From: Eledone cirrhosa
Taxonomy: Eukaryota
Direction: 5' to 3'
Assembly: GCA_964016885.1 (NCBI GenBank)
Contig: OZ024743.1
Coordinates: 175,708,001-175,772,000, forward strand
Length of the DNA: 64,000 bases
Position numbers and translations under genes: made by a program. The notes beneath the pieces were generated by a model. That model did not search any database. It was not told the origin of the DNA and saw only the letters and a list, made by a program, of their open reading frames with translations. Shown here in pieces: positions 13,418-25,274 of this stretch. Every line of letters begins with the position of its first letter. Positions within the stretch are counted from its first letter, which is position 1.

Positions 13418-14150
13418 GTGAAAAAAATAATAGTGAAAAAAAATCACTGGAAGCTGGAGAAGTTAATATTAATTGTGGAATTTTTCAGGGTGACTCTTTA
13501 TCACCGCTTTTATTCTGCATCGCACTTATACCATTAAGTAAAATGCTCAATGAAACAAAACATGGATATAAAGTCTATGACAAAAACCATTAATCACTTC
13601 TTGTCCTACATGGATGACCTGAAACTATTTGCAAAAATTGATGAACGATTGCAAGGGCTATTATCCACTGTGGAGCAGTTCAGTGATGACATTAAAATGG
13701 AGTTTGGACTAGATAAATGCGCCAAAGCAAGGTTCACCAGAGGAAAGCTGCTGAAAAGTTAAGACATTAATCTTGATCGGGGGAATGTGATAAGAGAACT
13801 TGATCAAGAGGAAACTTATACATATCTAGGTGTTTGTGAAGGAGACGGAATCAAGCACTCGACAATGAGGGAAAGGATAAGGAAGGAATGTTACCGCAGA
13901 GTAAGAGCAATCTTAAGAACGGAATTGAATGCAAGGAATAGGATCGATGCCATAAACACGCCATACCAGCAGTAACCTACAGTTACAATGTCATCAACTG
14001 GTCAAGCACAGAGATACGTAGGCTCGATACAAAAATTAGAAAATTTTTAACCACAGAATGCATCACCCTAAGGCAGATACAGATAGAATATATCTCCTTA
14101 GGAAAGAAGGAGGACGTGGGTTAATCCAGTTAGATATTGTGTTGAAAACT
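13417..14150 (+). mobile_element. Dong/R4-like family A copy 3, internal RT fragment
   Basis: Nucleotide match to about 5466-6191 (GIFQGDSLSP, YMDD, KEGGRGLIQLD), with frameshifts; truncated at both ends. Confidence 0.9.
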
Positions 14151-14649
14151 TCCATATACTGTACCGATTTATATTACGTATATATAACTCTTTTTAAAGC
14201 TGTAAATTATATTCAATGGGGTGTGTCAACTGGCTTACCAATGTATACAGTGAATTTATTTGCCCTAGGTGGCAGGTCAGGAAGACACTCAGCTTATATA
14301 AGAAACAATACTGAACGAAAAGGAAACACAACAACAAAAAATAATAGCAATAATTATAATGGTGCTTCTACTACTGATGATAACGATGATGACAACAGCA
14401 ATGGTAATTATGATGTGTTATATTGACCAGAAGGGTGGAAGTTGTTTGGTGACAATACAGGCAGTAAAGAACATAAGAAAAACAAAACAAAGAGAGGTTT
14501 ACATTTATTAAAGGGATGGATGGATTAACAAAGGGAAAACAGTAGATATAACAACAACAATAATAGTTATAATAATAACAACAGTAATAATAACAATAAT
14601 AATACTAACAATAATGAGGAACAATGATAATGCTTTCTTAACAATACAA

Positions 14650-17600
14650 TCAATAATTGTTTCTACTTTAGGCACAAGGCCAGCAATTACCCAGTGCATT
14701 ACTGGTACTTTATTTTATCGACTCCGTAAGGATGAAAGGCAAAGTCAACCTTGGCGGGATTTGAACTCAGATCATAAACGGCCGTAACTCTTTGCTGCAA
14801 AGCATGGCGTCCGTATATAATACGCCATGGCGTCCGACTCTCTACCGATACTGCCAATCCACCGCCCTTATAATTTTCTATATAATACAATACAAACAAT
14901 AATAACGACGACAACGGTAATGAAGTTTTTCAATATTGTATATTGGGTTTATATTGTCAACTTTAACTAAGAATATCTTCCTCTTAGATATCTTTTGATT
15001 TCTTATTTTATAATCTAAGTGAACAATATATGCCTGTATTCTTCAATGCTGTCTCCAAGTACACTCATTTGAGAAATAATACAATATTCACTGTGCACCA
15101 AATACACCACAACAATGCTACGCAAAATGATAAGAATAATGTTTAATCTTCGGTACTCAAAGTTTATAAGCTTCTACAAAATATCGGCGAATATTTTTAT
15201 TTTGAATATATTTTTATTTCAAACAAATTTCAACTATAGAAAATTTCTAACTCGAAATATTTGTTGAACGATCTTATTACTTTTAACTTTAAAGAAAATT
15301 ATATTTAAATATTTGCTGGGCCATTTCCAGTCTTTCGATTTACTTTATTTTTTCTTTACAGAATTTGTATTCACTAGAATTTTAAATCTCCGGAGAAGTT
15401 ATTCCAAAAGATTTTTGGTTAACAATTTTCGTTCACTTTCAGTTTTCTGGTACTTTATTTATTGTATTATGTGTTTCAGTAGATGGGGCTGAGGCCATCC
15501 TGGGGTACAGCCATCGATGTTACACTTTCTATAGTCAGCCTTCCTTGGTTGGCCATTTATCAATCCCGAAATGATGAAAGGCGAAGTTTTCCTAAGTGAG
15601 GTTTGAACTCAGAGCACGTAGTTGTTAGAAATACTACAACACGTTCTATACCACACCCTAACCACTCTGTCAATGAACTGCTATCAATTAATGAATTGCC
15701 AGCCTATCAAATCATTTGAAGATGTCTTGTTTTGTTTGTGAGAAGATGAGAACCTTATCCGCTCTATTAGAAATGGTGCTGGTATAGTAAAAGAATGAAG
15801 TAAAACCTCGTATCCTCTTACTATTAATTCTTCGCCGTCGGACTGACCAAAACAATTAGCTCTCATCAATTTAGTACACCAAACTGATAATTAGTATTAT
15901 GACGTAGATTAATAAATCACTGCAAGTAAACGTCTTGAAAACGTTTGCGTATTCATTAGAATACATGACGTCAGGTCTCTCTGAGTTTTAAGCCATAAGA
16001 ACAATATCCTACAATATCTAAAAGAGACGTGACTGAATTTTGGTAGGGAACTGAATACAGTTACTTGTATTATTATTTCACACAGTAAGGCGGTGAATCG
16101 GCAGTATCGGTAGGGCGTCGGATAACATGCTTTACCGATATAGATACGACCTTTTACATTCTGAGTTCAAATCCCACTGAGGCTAGCTTTGCCTTTCATC
16201 CTTACCCGGTCTATAAAATAAAGTACCAGTAACGCACAGGAAGTTTAATCGACTTTCTCCAATTACTGGCCTTCTGTAAAACGTAGAAAGAAATGTAACT
16301 TCACACATTAGGGTGGTGAATTGGTAGAATCAGAAGAGCGTCTGGCAACATGTTTTGTCGCATAAAGTTACAGCACTTTACGTTCTGAGTTCAAATCCCA
16401 CCGAGGTTAACTTTGCTTTTCATCCTTATGGGATCGATAAAATAAAGTACCAGTAACGCATTGTAATCAATTTAACTGCCCCCCCCTCAATTGCAGGCCT
16501 TGTGCCAAAGTCGAAACAATTATTACTTCACTCATTTATGCAAAAAGAAAATACTAGGTGTTTTGCGGGTCTCTTCTCTATTCATCATTAGTAAACACTG
16601 CAGAGTATTGAACCATCAAAGGACCTGAGCTTATTGTCAAGCACTCTTCCTGCTAGAATTACTATCCAAATTACTATCCATAAAACAATGGTTTCTAATT
16701 TAGACACAAAGCCATTAATTTGTTGGGAGGGAAAATCTACTATACTAATGATAGTACCGGTACTGTATTGTATCGTCTTTGAAAGGATGAAAGGTAAAGT
16801 TGACCGTGGCGGTATTTGAACTGGGAATGTAAGGAACCGAAACAATACAGCTCAGCTGTTGTCCAATGCTTTAATCACTGCCAAACCACTTCCTTCAATC
16901 TCATCAAATAACGATTTATAATTTAGGCTCAAGACCAGCAATTGCAGTGCGGGAGAACGTCGTTTAAATCAACCCATTGCTTTACTAATACTTATTTTAT
17001 CAACCTCCGAATCCGAAGGATAACAAGTAAAGATGGCCTTGGTAGGATTTGAACTCAGAACATAAAGAACAGCAACACGTACTGTAATGACTCTGTCAAT
17101 CCACCGTCGTCAATGACATTCAATAACGAAAAAATACTAGATGGTCACGACTGGAAAACCCGTGATCATGGCTAACGTCAGGTTTCACACCAACATTAAA
17201 ATAAAGCTCCAGCATCAACAATTACTGAATGTACACACACCTCCTGTCTTTATAAGACGATCATATTCATCGTATCAGAAACACTTATCATCTATCTAGC
17301 CTAAAGCTAATCAAATAATAATATAGGTAATAATATATTTGCTCTAATGACAGCTGTATTTCTGTTAATCAAAATAGTAATAAATATTGAATCTATTTTG
17401 AAATCAGCTGTGAGTACGCCCCCCCCCCCCACACACACACCCTCTCTTTCTCTCTCTCTCGTCTGATACGTTAAGGTATTCTTTGTCCTTTCCCCATAGC
17501 GTGAAACTAATAAGATTTCGTGTAATTGTTATCTGTGTGTCTCCTTTTATAATGTTGAAGTGTATTTGTAACACGTACAATTCGAATGTGGCACTTTATT

Positions 17601-18365
17601 TTCATACAAAACTCGTCCACTTCTCATATCTCCTACGAATTATCTAAAGATTACCTAAGGATTATCAGATTATTTAAACTACTCTTGCTCCGCACCAATC
17701 TTCCCCGCTATTCCCTACTTCTTTCTTTTTTCTTTCTCTCCTTATTTTCTCTTCAAACTTTACAGTTGTGTTTATGGTGGACTAGCGTCCTGTACATTGA
17801 GTCATTACCTTTCCTTTTCCTATAAGCGTGAAACTAATAAGACTTTTTGTAATTGTTCTGTAATTCAAAGAGCCTGCCATGTCACACACTCTGCAACGTT
17901 GAGTCTTCCCCAGAACTATGTTTAGAGTATTTTCTCTGTGGAATGCTCACTCACTTGATTTCTAATTTCATGAGTAGACTATGCTGTTATTCTGGAATGC
18001 ACGTCGTTGTAACCAATGGAGATCCCACATCAACATATATAAATGGTTTCTAATTTAAGTGCAAGGCTAGCAATTTAAAAGAAAGGGGGGAATCAATTAA
18101 ATCGACCCCAGTGCATTACTGATGTTTTATTTCATCGATCCTGTACGGATGAAAGGCAAAGCTAACCTTGGTTTGATTTGAACTCAGAACATAAAAGCCG
18201 TAACTGAATGCTACAAAGCATTACTGGGGCTTTATTTTATAGATCCTGTAAGGTTGAAAGGCAAAACTGACGTCGGCGGGATTTTAACTTAGAACGTAAA
18301 GGGCCATAACTAAATGCCATCAACATTTTGTCCAACGCTCTACTATCCTGAAAATCCACCACTGA
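14650..18365. mobile_element. Cluster of about 8 copies of a tRNA-related SINE family (approx. 14650-14870 -, 15550-15680 -, 16085-16290 +, 16305-16525 +, 16685-16895 -, 16915-17110 -, 18045-18230 -, 18220-18365 -)
   Basis: Recurrent core TTCTGAGTTCAAAT(box B-like)..GAGGTCGACTTTGCCTTTCATCC..GATAAAATAAAGTACCAGT on both strands; resembles the abundant octopus SINEs. Further copies near 31510-31665, 39160-39310, 42635-42770, 44925-45040, 45220-45340. Confidence 0.8.
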
Positions 18366-18419
18366 CTTAACAACATGTATGATAGGATTGAAGGGGAATG
18401 ATTCACTAGGATTTCTAGT

Positions 18420-19114
18420 GGTAGTTGTGGTGCGATTGTAGTTGTGGTTGTAGTTGTAGTTATAGTTGTGGTTGTGGTAGTAGTACTAGTAGTAGTAGTA
18501 GTTGTAGTTGTGGTTGTAGTTGTAGTTATAGTTATGGTGCGATTGTAGTTGTGGTTGTAGTTGTAGTTATAGTTGTGGTTGTGGTAGTAGTAGTAGTAGT
18601 AGTAGTAGTTGTAGTTGTGGTTGTAGTTGTAGTTATAGTTGTGGTGCGAGTGTAGTTGTGGTTGTAGTTGTAGTTATAGTTGTGGTTGTGGTAGTAGTAG
18701 TAGTAGTAGTTGTAGTTGTAGTTGTGGTTGTAGTTGTAGTTGGGCTAGTAGTAGTAGTAGTTGTAGTTGTGGTTGTGGTTGTAGTTGTGATTGTAGTTGT
18801 AGTTGTGGTCGTAGTTGTAGTTCTAGTGCGATTGTAGTTGTGGTTATAGTTGTAGTTATAGTTGTGGTTGTGGTAGAAGTAGTAGTAGTAGTAGTAGTTG
18901 TAGTTGTAGTTGTAGTTATAGTTGTGGTTGTGGTAGTAGTAGTAGTTGTAGTTGTAGTTGTAGTTGTGGTTGTAGTTGTAGTTGGGCTAGTAGTAGTAGT
19001 AGTTATAGTTGTGGTTGTGGTTGTAGTTGTGAATGTAGTTGTAGTTGTGGTCGTAGTTGTAGTTCTAGTGCGATTGTAGTTGTGGTTGTAGTTGTAGTTA
19101 TAGTTGTGGTTGTG

Positions 19115-19152
<38 letters not shown>

Positions 19153-21949
19153 TGTAGTTGTGGTTGTAGTTGTAGTTATAGTTGTGGTTGTGGTAGTAGT
19201 AGTAGTAGTTGTAGTTGTAGTTGTGGTTGTAGTTGTAGTTGGGCTAGTAGTAATAGTAGTTATAGTTGTGGTTGTAGTTGTGGTTGTAGTTGTAGTTATA
19301 GTTGTGGTTGTGGTAGTAGTAGTAGTAGTAGTAGTAGTTGTAGTTGTAGTTGTAGTTCTAGTGCGATTGTAGTTGTGGTTGTAGTTGTAGTTATAGTTGT
19401 GGTTGTGGTAGTAGTAGTAGTAGTAGTTGTAGTTGTAGTTGTAGTTGTGGTTGTAGTGGTAGTTGTGGTGCGATTGTAGTTGTGATTGTAGTTGTAGTTG
19501 TGGTTGTGGTAGTAGTAGTTGTAGTTGTAGTTGTAGTGGTAGTTGTGGTGCGATTTTAGTTGTGGTTGTAGTTGTAGTTATAGTTGTGGTTGTGGTAGTA
19601 GTAGTAGTAGTTGTAGTTGTAGTTGTAGTGGTAGTTGTGGTGCGAGTGTAGTTGTGGTTGTAGTTGTAGTTATAGTTGTGGTTGTGGTAGTAGTAGTAGT
19701 AGTAGTTGTAGTTGTAGTTGTAGTTGTAGTTGTAGTTGTGGTGCGAGTGTAGTTGTGGTTGTAGTTGTAGTTATAGTTGTGGTTGTGGTAGTAGTAGTAG
19801 TAGTAGTAGTTGTAGTTGTAGTTGTAGTTGTAGTTGTGGTGCGATTGTAGTTGTGGTTGTAGTTGTAGTTGTGGTTGTGGTAGTAGTAGTTATAGTTGTA
19901 GTTGAGGTTGTAGTTGAGGTTGTAGTTGTAGTGGTAGTTGTGGTGCGATTTTAGTTGTGGTTGTAGTTGTAGTTATAGTTGTGGTTGTGGTAGTAGTAGT
20001 AGTAGTAGTAGTAGTTGTAGTTGTAGTTGTAGTTGTAGTTGTAGTGGTAGTTGTGGTGCGATTGTAGTTGTGGTTGTAGTTATAGTTGTGGTTGTGGTTG
20101 TGGTAGTAGTAGTAGTAGTAGTTGTTGTAGTTGTAGTTGTGGTAGTAGTAGTAGTAGTTGTAGTTGTGGTTGTGGTAGTAGTTGTGGTAGTGGTAGTAGT
20201 AGTTGTAGTTGTAGTTGTGGTTGTAGTTGTAGTTGTGATTGTAGTTGTGGTTGTAGTTGTAGTTGTAGTTGTAGTGGTAGTTGTGGTGCGATTTTAGTTG
20301 TGATTGTAGTTGTAGTTCTGGTTGTGGTAGTAGTAGTTGTAGTTGTAGTTGAGGTTGTAGTTGTAGTGGTAGTTGTGGTGCGATTTTAGTTGTGGTTGTA
20401 GTTGTAGATATAGTTGTGGTTGTGGTAGTAGCAGTAGTAGTAGCAGTTGTAGTTGTAGTTGTAGTTGTAGTTGTAGTTGTAGTGGTAATTGTGGTGCGTG
20501 TGTAGTTGTGGTTGTAGTTGTAGTTATAGTTGTGGTTGTGGTAGTAGTAGTAGTAGTAGTTGTAGTTATAGTTGTAGTTGTAGTTGTAGTGGTAGTTGTG
20601 GTGCGAGTGTAGTTGTGGTTGTAGTTGTAGTTATAGTTGTGGTTGTGGTAGTAGTAGTATTAGTAGTACTTGTAGTTGTAGTTGTAGTTGTAGTTGTAGT
20701 TGTGGTGCGATTGTAGTTGTGGTTGTAGTTGTAGTTGTGGTAGTAGTAGTTGTAGTTGTAGTTGAGGTTGTAGTTGTGGTTGTAGTTGTAGGGGTAGTTG
20801 TGGTGCGATTGTAGTTGTGGTTGTAGTTATAGTTGTGGTTGTGGTTGTGGTAGTAGTAGTAGTAGTTGTAGTTGTAGTTGTGGTAGTAGTAGTAGTAGTT
20901 GTAGTTGTGGTTGTGGTAGTAGTTGTGGTAGTGGTAGTAGTAGTTGTAGTTGTGATTGTAGTTGTGGTTGTAGTTGTAGTTGTAGTGGTAGTTGTGGTGC
21001 GATTGTAGTTGTGGTTTTAGTTGTAGTTATAGTTGTGGTTGTGGTAGTAGTAGTAGTAGTAGTAGTAGTAATTGTAGTTGTGGTTGTAGTTGTAGTGGTA
21101 GTTGTGGTGCGATTGTAGTTGTGATTGCAGTTGTGGTTGTAGTTGTGGTAGTGGTAGTAGTAGTTGCAGTTGTAGTTGTGGTTGTAGTTGTGATTGTAGT
21201 TGTGGTTGTAGTTGTAGTTGTGGTTGTAGTTGTAGTGGTAGTTGTGGTGCGATTGTAGTTATGATTGTAGTTGTAGTTATAGTTGTAGTTGTGGTAGTAG
21301 TAGTAGTAGTTGTAGTTGTGGTTGTGTTTGTAGTTGTGGTAGTGGTAGTAATAGTTGTAGTTGTAGTTGTGGTTGTAGTTGTGATTGTAGTTGTGATTGT
21401 AGTTGTAGTGGTAGTTGTGGTGCGATTGTAGTTGTGGCCGTAGTTGTAGTTATAGTTGTGGTTGTGGTAGTAGTAGTAGAAGTTGTAGTTGTAGTTGTGG
21501 TTGTAGTTGTAGTTGTGGTAGTAGTAGTAGTAGTTGTAGTTGTGGTTGTAGTTGTAGTTGTGGTAGTAGTAGTTGTGGTTGTAGTTGTAGTTGTAGTTGT
21601 GATTGTAGTTGTGGTGGCGGTGGTAGTAGTAGTAGTTGTATTTGTATTTGTAGTTGTGGTTGTAGTTGTAGTTGTAGTTGTAGTTGTGGTTGTAGATGTA
21701 GTTGTAGTTGTGGTTGTAGTTGTGGTTGTAGATGTAGTTGTAGTTGTGGTTGTAGTTGTGGTTGTAAATGTAGTTGTAGTTGTGGTTGTAGTTGTGGTTG
21801 TAGTTGTGGTTTTAGATGTAGTTGTAGTTGTGGTTGTAGTTGTGGTTGTAGATGTAGTTGTAGTTGTGGTTGTAGTTGTGGTTGTAGTTGTCGTATTTGT
21901 GGTTGTGGTTGCGGTTGTAGTTGTAGTTGTGATTGTAGTTTAGTAGTAT

Positions 21950-22008
<59 letters not shown>

Positions 22009-22024
22009 TTATTATTATTATTAT

Positions 22025-22059
<35 letters not shown>

Positions 22060-22100
22060 GTAGCAGCAGCAACAGTAGCAGCAGCAGCAGCAACAGCAGC

Positions 22101-22150
<50 letters not shown>

Positions 22151-22156
22151 CAGCAA

Positions 22157-22194
<38 letters not shown>

Positions 22195-22199
22195 ATAGT

Positions 22200-22247
<48 letters not shown>

Positions 22248-22270
22248 TTTAGTTGTAGTAGTAGTAGTTA
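18420..22270. repeat. Compound GTA/GTT/GTG microsatellite with ~100-bp higher-order unit, grading into (AGT)n/(AGC)n
   Basis: About 23 recurrences of a GTGCG(A) anchor between 18430 and 21425 inside GTAGTT/GTGGTT hexamers. Confidence 0.95.
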
Positions 22271-22771
22271 TGGAAGTACTTTGATAAAATACGTAGAGAT
22301 AAACAAACACCTAACAGTCGCTAATTTCCAGAGTTGAAAATATCTAAAATATATGAAATACATGAAATGCATTGCTAAGCTTGACCAATGAATGGAGTTT
22401 TATCTACAGAAATCTCTCCTCCAGCCCCACCTCAATCACTCTCTACATCTCTCTGTTGTATTTCTTTACCTCCATCTCTCTCACACACACTCACATACAC
22501 ACACACACACACACAAACACATAAACATATATATGTGTGTATGTTGGGTCGTCAAGTATGACATTTGTAGAAATTTGTTGAAAAAGAAAAAAACAAATTT
22601 CTACAAATTTCATACTTGACGACCCAATACACATAATATGTGTATGCGTGCCTGAGTGCGTGTGGGTGTGCGAATATTCATTACTCAGATACATATATAT
22701 ATTTGTATGTATACACACATACATACGCACATACATACACACATACATACAACATACATACATATACATAC

Positions 22772-23192
22772 ATGGTGGCTGCCAACTCGTTTTCGAGTAC
22801 GGCCACTACTTTATATCCATGTAGGAGAACCCCTACCGATGCGAGTGTGACTTTTTAGTCCAGTGTGAACGAGTGTGACTTTTTAGTCCAGCCAGCGACT
22901 TGAAAACTCTGGTACAAACACTACAGTTGTGACAATTATTGACACATAGTGCTGGGCCCGTGGTACCATGTGAGGACAAGTGCAGAGAGATCTCCAGATA
23001 TAAAGCAATGCCTGTGCCGTGAAGCTTTTATAGTGAGCAAAGGCACTGCACAGAGCCAGTCCCACTCTCTTAACCAAGATGATATTTACCAAAAAGAAGA
23101 ACAAGTCAACATCATTGGATACCATCAGGGTTGCAGGTGTTATATCAGAGTTTCCTTCTCCTAGAATTCTGCCTTGACAAAGGCTAAGGGGT
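22772..23192 (+). mobile_element. Non-coding repeat resembling an RTE-type LINE 5'UTR, copy 1
   Basis: Homologous to 34241-34590 (5' hairpin; GCAATGCCTGTGC; GAGCCA.TCCCACTCTCT; CCTTCTCCTAGAA..GACAAAGGCTA). Flanked by (TACA)n. The RTE assignment rests on motif recognition only. Confidence 0.55.
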
Positions 23193-23230
23193 CATACATA
23201 TATACATACATACAAACATACATACATACA

Positions 23231-24619
23231 TTGTCCAAGTGTGCATATTTGGCAGTAAAACGTGGAAGGGTTGTGCCCTCCTCTAGAAATCTAGAGATGA
23301 ACGGCATGACAATACAACCTCTACAGTCAGGTGACAACTACAGATATCTTGGACAGGATGAGAATGTCAGATATGATGGCCCATAAATAAGGAGAGAACC
23401 AGAACTGAATACCTCAGAAGAGTAAAGAAAATATGGTCATCAGAATTGTCAGCGTACAACAAATACATTGCCCACAATACTTATGCTGTGCCAATTCTAA
23501 CGCCAACATTTGGCCTGCTGAACTGGTCATTGCAAGAACTAAGTGATGGATGTTAGAACTCGCAAACCTTTCAGTGTGACTGGGAACTTTAACATCAATG
23601 GTGATGTGGATAGGCTATACTTCTCACGCAAGGAAGGTGGCCGGGGTCTAAAGTCAATATTAAGAGACCCGGATAGTAACACTGAAGCAACATCTTCAAC
23701 AGAGGAAAAAGGTTGGCAACCATCTTGCCCAGGTTCATGAGCATGAAAAAAAAAATATCATTAGAATATCTGGAGGAGAGATATGGAATAAAATCTGATA
23801 TAAATCTCTCACCCAGAGAAATCGGAAGATCCTATTCAATGTTCAAACAAGATGAAAAAATTGACCAATTTACAGATAAAGTTGTGCATGGATACTTGAG
23901 ACGTAAAACACAGACCATAGAGGGGATAAACCACTCAAAAGGCCTGGCATGGAGTTCCGACAAGTTTATGACATCACACATTGAGGGATATCTCTATGCA
24001 ATACAGGAACAAGAACTCCCTACCAAATATCTGCTGCACAAAAGAGGAGGGCCAGCAGCTGACAATAAATGTAGGCTATGTAAAACAAAGATCGAGGATG
24101 TAAGCCACATTGTTGCCAGCTGCGAAAGAATGTCAGATGGCACTAAGGAATACTGATGGAACCTGAAAATAAAAACTGCCACCAAATTAAAGCACAACCG
24201 GCGGCCTGATATTGTTGTTTGGGACCACACATTGAAAACGTGTTCTGTTGTGGAGATCAGCTGCCCACTTGATGTAAACGTTGTCAGAAAAAATACAGGA
24301 GAAGGAGGACATCCACGGACCATTGATAAGGTGTTTACAAATCCAGTATCCAAGATACACCTTTAGCTTCATACTCATCATTATTAGAGCTACGGGTTAT
24401 ATACCAACCCGATTAGTTCAAAGTATGACTGAACTTGGATTTGCGGACAAAGAGCACAACTCCCTAATTCACAGTCTACAAATGGCTGCGATAACTGGCA
24501 CATTCAAAATTTGCAAAACATTCTTGCGATTCAAGGGATGACAATTTCTTTTCTTTTACAATCTTGCCACCAGGAAGGTGGCCAGTCAAATAAATATACT
24601 CGAAATTAAGAGAAAGAGA
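23231..24619 (+). mobile_element. Dong/R4-like family B copy 1 (3' fragment with internal deletion near 24135)
   Basis: Near-identical to 27299-28800; YRYLG, CRLC, RPDI motifs; flanked by (TACA)n on both sides. Confidence 0.9.
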
Positions 24620-24897
24620 TAACATACATAAATACACATATACATACATACATACATAGATACATACATACGTTAATACTTATATACATACATACATATA
24701 TACAAGCATAAATACACATACATACGTACGTACGAACATACATACGTACATACATACATACATACAACATACATACATAAATACATAGATACATACATAC
24801 GTTCATACATACATAAATACATACATACATGCATAAATATACACATACAAACATATACATATGTACGTTCATAAGTACATACATACATACATATGAA
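24620..24897 (+). repeat. Degenerate (TACA)n microsatellite
   Basis: Seen directly. Confidence 0.95.
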
Positions 24898-25274
24898 TAT
24901 GTTGTGAATAAGTTGTAGAACACCTATTTATATGAATGATACATAAACTTTAACATATAAATACAGCGTTGTTATATTATATTACATTCATAAATGAATA
25001 TACTAAGTAACGGTTCTTTTTGTTCTCGATTCAAACGATTCAAGAACAACGTTTAAAACACAGTTGTAGAATTAAAAACTAACTGAAAAGAAATATTACC
25101 CAAGCTGTGAATAACTTTAAATTTGATTCTGACAGAACTTTGTCGTAACTTTTAAAGAAGATCATCGACTATTTTGAAAAATAAATACAAAATATTAGTG
25201 AATAGACGAACTCATCATAGCAAAAAGTACAAGTCTCCTTCGACCAAATCGCAACTACAACCGTTGTACACAAT

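Noticed and set aside
18420-21430. CRISPR-like periodic anchor
   Set aside because: The anchor is only about 6 nt, intervening sequences are repetitive rather than unique, there are no cas genes and the context is eukaryotic.
18425-22310. Long Val-, Cys/Ser- or Thr/Gln-rich ORFs (metallothionein- or mucin-like)
   Set aside because: Translations of a microsatellite; the phase shifts at each anchor and every frame meets stops; no splice or domain evidence.
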